From contig CAKOTX010000003.1 of NCBI GenBank assembly GCA_934120315.1, forward strand, positions 71,236-135,235: a stretch of 64,000 nucleotides of DNA, read 5' to 3'. A model generated the notes under the pieces. That model saw only the letters and a list, made by a program, of their open reading frames with translations. It was not told the origin of the DNA and searched no databases. Position 1 is the stretch's first letter; every line of letters starts with the position of its first letter. A program made the position numbers and the translations under genes. Positions 28,206-36,707 of this stretch are shown in pieces. The stretch is from an uncultured Clostridia bacterium. Lineage in GTDB: Bacteria > Bacillota > Clostridia > TANB77 > CAG-508.

Positions 28206-29435
28206 TTATTTGCTTAATAATTCTACTGCTTTTTGTAATTGAGTGTCTTCTTCGTCTTTTACTAATAATATATTTGTTACAGACTCTGGTAATTCTACTT
28301 TTTCATCTGGTTCTATTCCTACACCATTAATTTTTGATCTATTTGGTGTATAATATTCTTCTACTGTAACTTTTAATCCCGCACCATTTCTAAGAGATAA
28401 TAACTGTTGTATTACTCCTTTTCCATATGTTGTTGTTCCAACAATTGTAGCTTCTCCTAAATCTTTTAGTGCACCTGCTAATATTTCTGATGAACTTGCA
28501 GAATTTTTATTTACAAGTACTACTATTGGCATATCTATAAGAACATCTTCTTTAGATTTTTCTATTTTTTCATTTTTGTCTTTATCAACTGTTATTAATA
28601 AATCTTTTCCCTTTGGTACAATATAATCTGCTATTTGTAGTGCTTCATCAACTAATCCACCACCATTATTTCTTAAATCTATAATTAATGATGTTATTCC
28701 TTGATTTTTCAATTCTTCAAATTTTTCTTTAAAGTTAGTTGCTGTATCTTCATCAAAGCTGCTTACTTCTAAATATCCTATATTATTATCTAATTTTTTT
28801 GCAATTACAGGATTTGTTGTAATCTTTTTTCTTGTAATTTCAAAACTTTTTACTTCTTGATTTCTTAAAATTTGTAATTTTACTGTTGTTCCCTCTGCAC
28901 CTTTTATATTATTTGCAGCTGCTGTCATATCATCTCCTGTGTATTCAACACCATCTATACTTTTTATTACATCCCCAGGAAGAATTCCAGCTTCTTCTGC
29001 TGGGCTATATTTTATAGGAGTTAATACTACAATTGTATTGTTTTCTGTATTTTTTGCCATGTATATTCCAATTCCAACATAGTTTCCCATTAAATTTTGT
29101 TTATAGTCTTCCATCTTATCTTTGGGAATATATTCTGTATATGGATCTCCTAGAGATTCTACATATCCTTCAATTGCTCCTTCGTCTGCTTTATCCTCAT
29201 CTATGTCATTTAAATAATATTTTTTTAATATTTTTTTAATATAATTAATAGATGTTCCATCATCACTTGTAGAATTATTAAATAGTGATGAGAGTGATTG
29301 ATTTACATCTCCTATATCATATTTGTTTAAAACATATGCTGTAGTTAAAATAAATGTTATAAATGCTGTTAATATAACTAGCATTATTCCTTTATAAATT
29401 CTTTGTCTTTTCAAATATTTTTCTTCTTCTTCCAT
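28206..29435 (-). CDS. S41 family carboxy-terminal processing peptidase (Ctp)
   Basis: N-terminal anchor, PDZ segment (SPAEEAGILPGDVIKSIDG), and S41 core (DLRNNGGG ... NKNSASSSEILAGALKD). Confidence 0.88.
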   Translation of the reverse strand: MEEEEKYLKRQRIYKGIMLVILTAFITFILTTAYVLNKYDIGDVNQSLSSLFNNSTSDDGTSINYIKKILKKYYLNDIDEDKADEGAIEGYVESLGDPYTEYIPKDKMEDYKQNLMGNYVGIGIYMAKNTENNTIVVLTPIKYSPAEEAGILPGDVIKSIDGVEYTGDDMTAAANNIKGAEGTTVKLQILRNQEVKSFEITRKKITTNPVIAKKLDNNIGYLEVSSFDEDTATNFKEKFEELKNQGITSLIIDLRNNGGGLVDEALQIADYIVPKGKDLLITVDKDKNEKIEKSKEDVLIDMPIVVLVNKNSASSSEILAGALKDLGEATIVGTTTYGKGVIQQLLSLRNGAGLKVTVEEYYTPNRSKINGVGIEPDEKVELPESVTNILLVKDEEDTQLQKAVELLSK

Positions 29436-29459
29436 TTTTATTTGGCCTTTCTATTTATT

Positions 29460-30659
29460 TTATAGATAATCTAGTGGATTTAATCTTGAATCCTGTCCAT
29501 ATGCTGTTGCACTTGATTTGTAATTATATGGTGATCTTCTTACTTCAAAATGTAAGTGTGGTCCTGTTGAATTTCCTGTATTTCCACTTAACATTATTTT
29601 TTGTCCTTTTTTTACTGTTTCTCCTGGACTTACAACAATTGAACCTCTTGTACCATGTGCATAATATGTTTGCAAACCATTTGCATGTCTTATTACAACA
29701 TGTGTTCCATAACTATTTGTCAAATTCGCTGTATACATTACTACACCGTCTGCTGCTGCATATACGGTAGTTCCTACAGATACTCCATAATCAACAGCTC
29801 CATGGAATTTTCCACTTGAATAATATGCTTTAGCTGTAATACCAGCTTTTACTGGTGCTGCAAAATATCCTGAACCTGCTGAAGTGTTGCTACCATTATT
29901 TCTTTGTAATTCTGCTAATTGTTTTTGATACCTTTTTTCAGCTTCTTTTATTTCATTTGCAATTTTTCTATTTGCAGCTTCTAATTCTTCAATTTCTTTT
30001 TGTAATTTTTTCTCTTCTTCTGTTAGTTTTGCTGCTTGCGCATCTTTATCACTTTTTAATGATTTTAATTCATTTGATTTAGCTTCTTTTTCTGATAATG
30101 ATTTTTTTAGTTCTTCTTTGTTTGATTCCAATTGACTTTTTTCATTCTCAATTTGTTCCTTTTGGTCTTTTGTATCTTGCATTAATTTTTTGTCATATGA
30201 AACCAATTCAGATGCTGCATAATATTTAGCTAAAAAGTCTGTCATGCTTGAAGCTGTTAAAAATGTCTCCAAATATCCTGTTTTTGGTGATTTATACATT
30301 CTTAACATTCTCTCATCTAATAAACTCATCTGTTTATTATATTCTTCTTCTTTAGAAGTTATATCTTTTTCTTTTTGATCTATTTGAGATTGTAAGTCAT
30401 CGATTTTGCTTTGTAATTCATCTGTTTCATCTTCTACAGAAGAAATTTGATTAATCAATTTTTCTACACTTTTCATAGTTTCAGATTTTTTGGCTTCTAT
30501 TTCTTCTTGTTTCTTTTTTACATCATCCAGTTGATCATCTATTTGAGATTTTTCTTGCTCTAATTTTTCTTTTTCTGTTAATGCATAAACTTTAGTTGCT
30601 TGAAAAATTAAGATAATTGAAATTGTAATTCCAAAAATTTTTGTCAATGTTTTTCTCAT
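29460..30659 (-). CDS. Coiled-coil M23 metallopeptidase (EnvC-like)
   Basis: Signal peptide, about 230 aa of coiled coil, and a C-terminal M23 domain with HGAVDYG and GPHLHFEV. Confidence 0.85.
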   Translation of the reverse strand: MRKTLTKIFGITISIILIFQATKVYALTEKEKLEQEKSQIDDQLDDVKKKQEEIEAKKSETMKSVEKLINQISSVEDETDELQSKIDDLQSQIDQKEKDITSKEEEYNKQMSLLDERMLRMYKSPKTGYLETFLTASSMTDFLAKYYAASELVSYDKKLMQDTKDQKEQIENEKSQLESNKEELKKSLSEKEAKSNELKSLKSDKDAQAAKLTEEEKKLQKEIEELEAANRKIANEIKEAEKRYQKQLAELQRNNGSNTSAGSGYFAAPVKAGITAKAYYSSGKFHGAVDYGVSVGTTVYAAADGVVMYTANLTNSYGTHVVIRHANGLQTYYAHGTRGSIVVSPGETVKKGQKIMLSGNTGNSTGPHLHFEVRRSPYNYKSSATAYGQDSRLNPLDYL

Positions 30660-30688
30660 ATTTTTTCATCCTTTCTATATTATATTCT

Positions 30689-31861
30689 TTAGTTATTATT
30701 TGTTTCTTCCAACTTTTTTGTAAAATCCTTTGATGATAGATAATCTAATGGATTTACTGTTTGTCCATTAATTCTAATTTCAAAATGAGCATGTGGTCCT
30801 GTTGAATATCCTGTTGAGCCAACTTTTAATACCTCTGTGCCTGCTTTTACAGTTTGTCCTACTTGAACCATTATTTCATTTCCATGTGCATATAATGTTT
30901 GCACTCCTCCACCATGGTCTATAATAACCATATTTCCATAGGCTGGACTAAATGTTGCTTTTGATACTATTCCATTAGCTGCAGCCACAAAACTTGATTC
31001 TAATGGTGCTCCTATATCAACCCCTGTATGTAATTTATATGCTCCTGTAACTGGATGTGTTCTCATCCCATATTCTGAGGTTATTGTTGTATATCCTGGA
31101 GCTGGCCAAATCATTGCACCACCAATATAATCTTTGCTAATACTATTTAGTGCTAATAATTTTATTTCTGCTTCAATTTCAGAAACTTGATTATTATATT
31201 CATCTATTTTAGCTTGTAATTCTTGTTCTTCAGCTGATAATTTACTTATATAATATTCTCTTTGCTTCTTTGCATTTGATAATACTTGTTTTTTCTTTTG
31301 TTGTTTCTTTTGAGTTGCTACTATTTGTTCCTTTTTTTCAATTAATATTTTTCTAGTTGTTTCTATTTCATCTTTTTCTTCTTTTACTGATTTCATTAAA
31401 TTTCTGTCAAGTTTTGTTGCTTCTTGTATTGCATAATATGTTGTTAAAAAATCTGTTACACTTTTTGCTTCTAATAAAACTTGTAATGTTTGAAATTTAG
31501 GTGTTGCATATATTTTTAACATTCTTGCATCTACAAGTTTTTGAATTTTATTATATTGTTCTTGTGTTTGTTTTAGTTTTTCTTCATTTTCTTCAACTTG
31601 CTTTACTAAACTGTTAACATCTGTATCAATTTTAGTTATCTCTTCCTCTGAACTCGCTATTTGTGAATCTAAATCTTGGAGTTCTTGCATATTACTTGAT
31701 AATTGATCTTGGACAGCTTGCAATCTATTATTTGTTTCATTTAATGATTCTGTAATTGTGTTTGATTTCTCTTGTAAATTTGTAATGTCTTCTGCTGATA
31801 CACAAACACATATATTACTAATCAGAATAAAAATTATTAATATTGATATATATTTGCGCAT
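30689..31861 (-). CDS. Coiled-coil M23 metallopeptidase (EnvC-like), paralog of the downstream gene
   Basis: Same architecture as its neighbour; M23 motifs HTGVDIG and GPHAHFEI. Confidence 0.85.
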   Translation of the reverse strand: MRKYISILIIFILISNICVCVSAEDITNLQEKSNTITESLNETNNRLQAVQDQLSSNMQELQDLDSQIASSEEEITKIDTDVNSLVKQVEENEEKLKQTQEQYNKIQKLVDARMLKIYATPKFQTLQVLLEAKSVTDFLTTYYAIQEATKLDRNLMKSVKEEKDEIETTRKILIEKKEQIVATQKKQQKKKQVLSNAKKQREYYISKLSAEEQELQAKIDEYNNQVSEIEAEIKLLALNSISKDYIGGAMIWPAPGYTTITSEYGMRTHPVTGAYKLHTGVDIGAPLESSFVAAANGIVSKATFSPAYGNMVIIDHGGGVQTLYAHGNEIMVQVGQTVKAGTEVLKVGSTGYSTGPHAHFEIRINGQTVNPLDYLSSKDFTKKLEETNNN

Positions 31862-31880
31862 CTAACATATCCTTTCTGTA

Positions 31881-32798
31881 TTATACTTCTAAATACTTTC
31901 TCATAGAAATTCCACTACCAATTGCTCCAATTCCAATTCCTAATCCTAAATATACTACTAAGATTAAATTGAACATATCTTTAAAGTCTAACAATTTCCA
32001 ATGAACTGTCTCTAAAAAGTCTGTTGATGATATTTGATTTGCAATTCCTGTGTATACTAATCCAACTATTCCTACTGATAGTAGTCCAGCAATTACACCT
32101 ATAATGATACCTTCAACTAAAAATGGCCATCTTATAAAACTATTTGTCGCTCCAACATATTTCATAATTGAAATTTCTTTTCTTCTTGCATGTACTGTTA
32201 ATTTTATTGTATTTGATATTATTGATACTGAAATAACAATTAATAATGCTAATATTCCTGCAGTAACATATTTTACACCTTTTGCTAATCTAAGTATTTG
32301 TGCAATTAATTGATTGCTTGATACAATACCATCTACTTGTGGTATTTGGTTTATTTCGTTTTGTACTTCATCATTTAATGAAAGATCTGTTAGTGTTACA
32401 TTATATGCTACTGGAAATATATTTCTTTCTTTATATTCTGCAACAGCATCACTTCCAAGCAAATCTTCCATATATTTTATTGCATCATCTTTTGAAACAA
32501 ATTCTGCATTTCTTACACCTTCTATTGCAAGAATTTCGTTTCCTACTTCTTCTATTTCACTTTCTGTTGCATTTATTTTTAAATTTACTCTAATCTCTTG
32601 TGCCTCTGCAACATTTGATACAAATGCATTTATATTTTCGCCTATTACAAAAAACAATCCAAATACCAACATTGTTGCACACATTATCATTAATGATGAC
32701 ATTGTTGATTTTTTATTTTTTAATAGGTTTTTAACTCCTTCACTTATCCAATAGTTTATTACATTAAATCTCACAATCATACCCACCTTTTTTATCAT
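31881..32798 (-). CDS. ftsX: Cell division ABC transporter permease FtsX
   Basis: Four-TM FtsX topology with a large first extracytoplasmic loop. It overlaps the ftsE stop. Alternative starts are ATG 32780 and GTG 32774, the latter 8 nt after AGGTGG. Confidence 0.85.
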   Translation of the reverse strand: MIKKVGMIVRFNVINYWISEGVKNLLKNKKSTMSSLMIMCATMLVFGLFFVIGENINAFVSNVAEAQEIRVNLKINATESEIEEVGNEILAIEGVRNAEFVSKDDAIKYMEDLLGSDAVAEYKERNIFPVAYNVTLTDLSLNDEVQNEINQIPQVDGIVSSNQLIAQILRLAKGVKYVTAGILALLIVISVSIISNTIKLTVHARRKEISIMKYVGATNSFIRWPFLVEGIIIGVIAGLLSVGIVGLVYTGIANQISSTDFLETVHWKLLDFKDMFNLILVVYLGLGIGIGAIGSGISMRKYLEV

Positions 32799-33450
32799 CT
32801 TTTACTATTACGCCTTTATTTATGTGTATAACTCTTTTTTTCATTTGGTCTACAATATCTTTAGCGTGTGTTGCTACTACTACAGTTGTTCCTCTCATAT
32901 TTATCTCATTTAATAAATTCATAATGTCCCAAGCAGTGTCTGGATCCAAGTTTCCTGTTGGCTCGTCTGCAATTATCATTGATGGATTATTTACTAAAGC
33001 TCTTGCTAATGCTACTCTTTGTTGTTCTCCTCCTGATAATTCGTTTGGATACATTTTTGCTTTTCCACTTAGTCCAACAAGTGACAATACCATCGGAACT
33101 TGTCGGCGGATATGTTTTGGAGTTGCTTTTACTATATACATTGCAAATGCAACATTTTCATATACAGTTTTATCTGGCAATAATCTAAAGTCTTGAAAAA
33201 CTACTCCCATACTTCTACGTAAAAATGGAACTTTATTTTGTTTCAAAAATGTTGTATCTTTTCCATTTATTATAATATTTCCTGATGTTGGTTCTTCTTC
33301 TTTTAATATTAATTTTATTAGTGTTGATTTTCCACTTCCTGATGTACCTACTAAGAATGCGAATTCTCCTTTATCTATTTTAAAACTTGCATTTTTTACA
33401 GCTTCTGTACCTGTCCCATACTTTTTGCATACGTTCTTAAATTCTATCAT
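32764..33450 (-). CDS. ftsE: Cell division ATP-binding protein FtsE
   Basis: Walker A GTSGSGKST, signature LSGGEQQR, Walker [12 protein letters not shown]. Confidence 0.92.
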   Translation of the reverse strand: MIEFKNVCKKYGTGTEAVKNASFKIDKGEFAFLVGTSGSGKSTLIKLILKEEEPTSGNIIINGKDTTFLKQNKVPFLRRSMGVVFQDFRLLPDKTVYENVAFAMYIVKATPKHIRRQVPMVLSLVGLSGKAKMYPNELSGGEQQRVALARALVNNPSMIIADEPTGNLDPDTAWDIMNLLNEINMRGTTVVVATHAKDIVDQMKKRVIHINKGVIVKDDKKGGYDCEI

Positions 33451-33558
33451 TTTTCTTTACCAATTCCTTTTTATCTTCATAATTTTTCATTCTCTTTTAT
33501 CATATCAATAATATACTTTTTTTGCAATAGATATTATGTAAAAATTTTGTGAATTTTG

Positions 33559-34038
33559 TTAATGATTGTCAATAAAATTGCTTACAAGCTGTAAGATTTT
33601 ACCCGTGTTAGTAACATACTTACGTGGTACCATGTTTCTAACATTTTTTAATGCTTCAGGTAATTCAGAAACATCTTGAATTCCTATAATATATCCTGCA
33701 TCATTAAATGATTTTATTATGTCTAATTGATGGTCATTTACATGTTCTTTATATTTTTTTAAACGTGGCACTGCGATTACTTTTTTTCCTTGCTCAATTG
33801 CAGTTATAATTGAACCTACTCCACCATGCGTTATAACTAAATCCGCTTGTTTTACTAGTTCTTTCATTTTTTCAACTGGAACTTGGTCATATATTTGCAT
33901 ATCTGGACTTTCAAATTTTGTATAACCTTTTTGTACTACCACTTCATCTTTTATATTTCCATTATCTATATTTTTTTGTACTTCTTCTAATAGTCTATGA
34001 AAACTATTATTTTGCGTTCCTAATAATACTAATGTCAT
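33559..34038 (-). CDS. Alg13-like / PssE-Cps14G family glycosyltransferase subunit (GT28 C-terminal domain)
   Basis: MTLVLLGTQNNSFHRLL ... ITHGGVGSI motif. The start is taken at ATG 34038 (TAATG overlap with the upstream stop); the ORF-track start is 34095. Confidence 0.7.
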   Translation of the reverse strand: MTLVLLGTQNNSFHRLLEEVQKNIDNGNIKDEVVVQKGYTKFESPDMQIYDQVPVEKMKELVKQADLVITHGGVGSIITAIEQGKKVIAVPRLKKYKEHVNDHQLDIIKSFNDAGYIIGIQDVSELPEALKNVRNMVPRKYVTNTGKILQLVSNFIDNH

Positions 34039-34514
34039 TAATAAATTGCACCTCCATATACAGCTTTTGGGTATAATTTTAGCATTTCTTCCCACTGCAC
34101 AATAAATAAATCTGCAATTGGATATATTAATCTTCCTGTTGCAGTTTTTCTATTTCTGTTTGCAAATGTTTCTATATATATTATTTTACTTCCAAACAAT
34201 TTTCCTAAATAACACATTGGTCCTGCTGTATGTGTTCCTGTTGTTACAATATATTTAGGTCTTATTTTAAAATACAAGTATATTGTTTTTAAGCACAAAT
34301 ATGTATATACAAAAATATATCTTATTAATTTTTTTCTTGTTCCATATGGTAAATATGATATTTTATCTCCATATTTTTCTTTTAGGCCTTTTGTTGATTC
34401 ATCTTTCTCTGTTATTATATGATAATCATATTTCTCAAATATTGGACTTAATTGTTGTAATTCATTAAAGTGTCCACCTGTACTTGATATAAATAATACT
34501 TTTTTCTTTTTCAT
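34038..34514 (-). CDS. Alg14-like / PssD-Cps14F family glycosyltransferase membrane-associated subunit
   Basis: KVLFISSTGGHFNELQQL N-terminus and ...TTGTHTAGPMC, typical of Alg14-like partners of Alg13-like subunits. Translationally coupled to the downstream gene. Confidence 0.7.
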   Translation of the reverse strand: MKKKKVLFISSTGGHFNELQQLSPIFEKYDYHIITEKDESTKGLKEKYGDKISYLPYGTRKKLIRYIFVYTYLCLKTIYLYFKIRPKYIVTTGTHTAGPMCYLGKLFGSKIIYIETFANRNRKTATGRLIYPIADLFIVQWEEMLKLYPKAVYGGAIY

Positions 34515-34593
34515 ATTTTTCTCTTTTCTTACATTTTTCTGTTTTTAATATACACCATTTTCTTTTTTTATTCAAGACACTCATAAAATTTTA

Positions 34594-34639
34594 CAAAAAA
34601 TAACCTTACAATAAAATTTCATCAATTTTGTAAAGTTAT
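34594..34639 (-). terminator. Rho-independent terminator of the toxin gene
   Basis: The minus-strand RNA forms a 12-bp stem (AUAACUUUACAA / UUGUAAGGUUAU, one G-U wobble that is a C-A mismatch on the plus strand), followed by UUUUUU. Confidence 0.65.
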
Positions 34640-34658
34640 TTTTTATCCTCAATATAAT

Positions 34659-35138
34659 TTAGTTTTTATTTAATAGCAATTTTTTCATCTTCACAATATC
34701 ATAAAACGGAATGTTGATTCCTCTTTCAGCTAACTCTACAACCCTAAGAGATGTAATGATAACGTTATCTCTAACCGTAGTTGGAATTTCAACATCTATA
34801 TTCGAATTAACATACTTATTTTCTATGTATTCTTCTGTTGTTGGAAATATATTTTGAATTAAAAATACAGCCTTTTTTCCTAATACATTTCCAAATACAA
34901 AGTTGTAAACAGGTCTTTTTCCACTTTTGGCTTTTTTTGTTTCATAAAGTTCCTTATATTTTTCATATTTTGTAGATATTGGAACAAACCAAATTATTTC
35001 TTTATTTTTTCTATCTCTAAAACAAAAATAACATGGTCTTTTATTTCCATTTTCTTTATTTACCATTAATCCATAATCCTTAAACACATCAAAAAACTCA
35101 TCTTTTATAAAATAAAATTTTCCATCTTCTATTACCAT
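34659..35138 (-). CDS. Type III toxin-antitoxin system toxin, ToxN/AbiQ/CptN-like endoribonuclease
   Basis: 159-aa protein with a ToxN-like layout: KFYFIKDEFFDVFKDYGL, KRPCYFCF, WFVPISTKYEKYK, LIQNIFPTTEEYI. A tandem RNA repeat array plus a leaky terminator lies immediately upstream on the same strand. Confidence 0.72.
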   Translation of the reverse strand: MVIEDGKFYFIKDEFFDVFKDYGLMVNKENGNKRPCYFCFRDRKNKEIIWFVPISTKYEKYKELYETKKAKSGKRPVYNFVFGNVLGKKAVFLIQNIFPTTEEYIENKYVNSNIDVEIPTTVRDNVIITSLRVVELAERGINIPFYDIVKMKKLLLNKN

Positions 35139-35166
35139 TTTTATTCCATCTCTCCTTTACGAAAAT

Positions 35167-35192
35167 ATGGGACCTATTTTTATAGACCCCAT
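35167..35192 (-). terminator. Intra-operon (leaky) terminator between the antitoxin repeats and the toxin gene
   Basis: Minus-strand RNA AUGGGGUCUAU AAAA AUAGGUCCCAU forms 11 bp including 2 G-U wobbles (A-C mismatches on the plus strand), followed by AUUUUC. Confidence 0.65.
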
Positions 35193-35206
35193 ATTTCACT
35201 ATAATA

Positions 35207-35309
35207 ACATTTTTCCACCTGCACATTTATATCTCGCAAGCAGGGTTGCGGTTCACATTCTCTCACCTATAAATTTATATTTCGCAAATAGGGTTGCGGT
35301 TCACATTTT
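35207..35309 (-). ncRNA. Type III antitoxin RNA: 2.1 tandem 48-nt repeats (ToxI/CptI-like)
   Basis: Minus-sense repeat 1 (35309..35262) is aaaatgtgaaccgcaaccctatttgcgaaatataaatttataggtgag. Repeat 2 (35261..35214) is agaatgtgaaccgcaaccctgcttgcgagatataaatgtgcaggtgga. A partial third repeat, aaaatgt, follows. 40 of 48 positions are identical, and compensatory changes CCTAT/ATAGG versus CCTGC/GCAGG are present. Confidence 0.75.
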
Positions 35310-35314
35310 AATTA

Positions 35315-35377
35315 TAGTAGATATTAAATATCTACTACTATTGTATTCATTATACACACTTTTTATTATTTTTTCAA
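35315..35377 (-). promoter_or_regulatory. Promoter of the type III TA operon plus a perfect 10-bp inverted repeat at the 5' end of the transcript
   Basis: Minus strand reads TTGAAA (35377..35372), 17 nt, TATAAT (35354..35349). The palindrome tagtagatat-taa-atatctacta at 35315..35337 lies between the predicted TSS and repeat 1. Confidence 0.55.
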
Positions 35378-35446
35378 TAGTTTTATTATAATTTTTTATT
35401 CAATTTTTATATTTTTAGTATATAATATCATTATGGGAGGTAGAAC

Positions 35447-35944
35447 ATGAAAGAAATTAATATTGAAGAATTTAAATTTAATCCATTTACAAAAATAGGA
35501 AAAGAATGGATGTTAGTAACTGCTAGCAACAATGAAAAAGTAAATAGTATGACCGCTTCTTGGGGTGGAGTTGGTGTATTATGGAATAAAAACATAGCCT
35601 TTATTGTACTTAGACCACAAAGATATACAAAAGAATTTATAGATGCCTCAAACGAATTCTCTTTAAGCTTCTTTGATGAAAATTATAAAAAGACTCTAGC
35701 TTATATGGGCAAAGTTTCTGGAAAAAATGAAGATAAAATTTCTAATTCAGGCTTACATGTTAAATTTATAAATAATATTCCTACATTTGAAGAAGCTTCA
35801 CTTGTAATTAATTGCAAAAATTTATATAGGCAAAGTTTACAACCTGATTGTTTTATTGATAAGTCTTTAGATTCTAAAAATTATCCTAACAAAGATTATC
35901 ATGATTTATATTTTGCTGAAATTACTGGAATATTTTCAAAATAA
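35447..35944 (+). CDS. Flavin reductase-like (FMN-binding split-barrel) protein
   Basis: 165 aa; the pattern WMLVTA..NSMTASWGGVG is typical of flavin reductase domain proteins. RBS GGGAGG precedes the ATG. Confidence 0.65.
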   Translation: MKEINIEEFKFNPFTKIGKEWMLVTASNNEKVNSMTASWGGVGVLWNKNIAFIVLRPQRYTKEFIDASNEFSLSFFDENYKKTLAYMGKVSGKNEDKISNSGLHVKFINNIPTFEEASLVINCKNLYRQSLQPDCFIDKSLDSKNYPNKDYHDLYFAEITGIFSK

Positions 35945-36014
35945 TTCTATAAAAATGTTGAGGTGGTTAAAACTACTTCAACATTTTTTATAGAGCAAAA
36001 GATTATAAAAACCT

Positions 36015-36689
36015 CTAAGACAGAAGATTTTTAATTTTTCCATCTTCTATTTGTATAATTCTATCTGCCAATTTTGCAATTTCCAAATTATGAGTAATCA
36101 TAATGATGGTTTGTTTATATTCTTTATTGGCTTTTTTTAATAGTTGTATAATCTCATTACTTGATTTAGAATCTAGGTTACCAGTTGGTTCATCAGCTAA
36201 AATAATGGTTGGTTCTATTATTAAAGCTCTACCAATAGCTACTTTTTGTTGTTGGCCTCCTGATAATTCATTTGGTAAGTGTTTTCTTCTATTATCTATA
36301 CCTAAAAATTTCAATATTTCTTCTAGCTTTACTTTATCTATTTTTTTCTTATCAAGTTCAATAGGTAATGTTATATTTTCTTCTACATTTAAAGTAGGAA
36401 TCAAATTATAAAATTGATATATAATTCCTATCTTTTGTCTTCTTAATATTGTCAAATCCTTTTTATTCATTTCATACATATTTTTGTCATAAAAATATAC
36501 TTTCCCACTAGTTGGCTTTTCTAAGCCTGCAATTGTATGTAAAAGAGTGGATTTTCCACTTCCAGAAGGACCTATTATTGCAAGAAACTCTCCTTCTTCA
36601 ACTTCAAAAGAAATGTCATTTAGAGCAATAACTTTTGCATCACCTTTTCCATAAATTTTACTCAAATTTTCTACTTTTAAAATTTTCAT
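36015..36689 (-). CDS. ABC transporter ATP-binding protein (MacB/LolD-like)
   Basis: Walker [10 protein letters not shown], signature LSGGQQQK, Walker [12 protein letters not shown]. Confidence 0.9.
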   Translation of the reverse strand: MKILKVENLSKIYGKGDAKVIALNDISFEVEEGEFLAIIGPSGSGKSTLLHTIAGLEKPTSGKVYFYDKNMYEMNKKDLTILRRQKIGIIYQFYNLIPTLNVEENITLPIELDKKKIDKVKLEEILKFLGIDNRRKHLPNELSGGQQQKVAIGRALIIEPTIILADEPTGNLDSKSSNEIIQLLKKANKEYKQTIIMITHNLEIAKLADRIIQIEDGKIKNLLS

Positions 36690-36707
36690 AATTTTTCTCC
36701 TATAATT

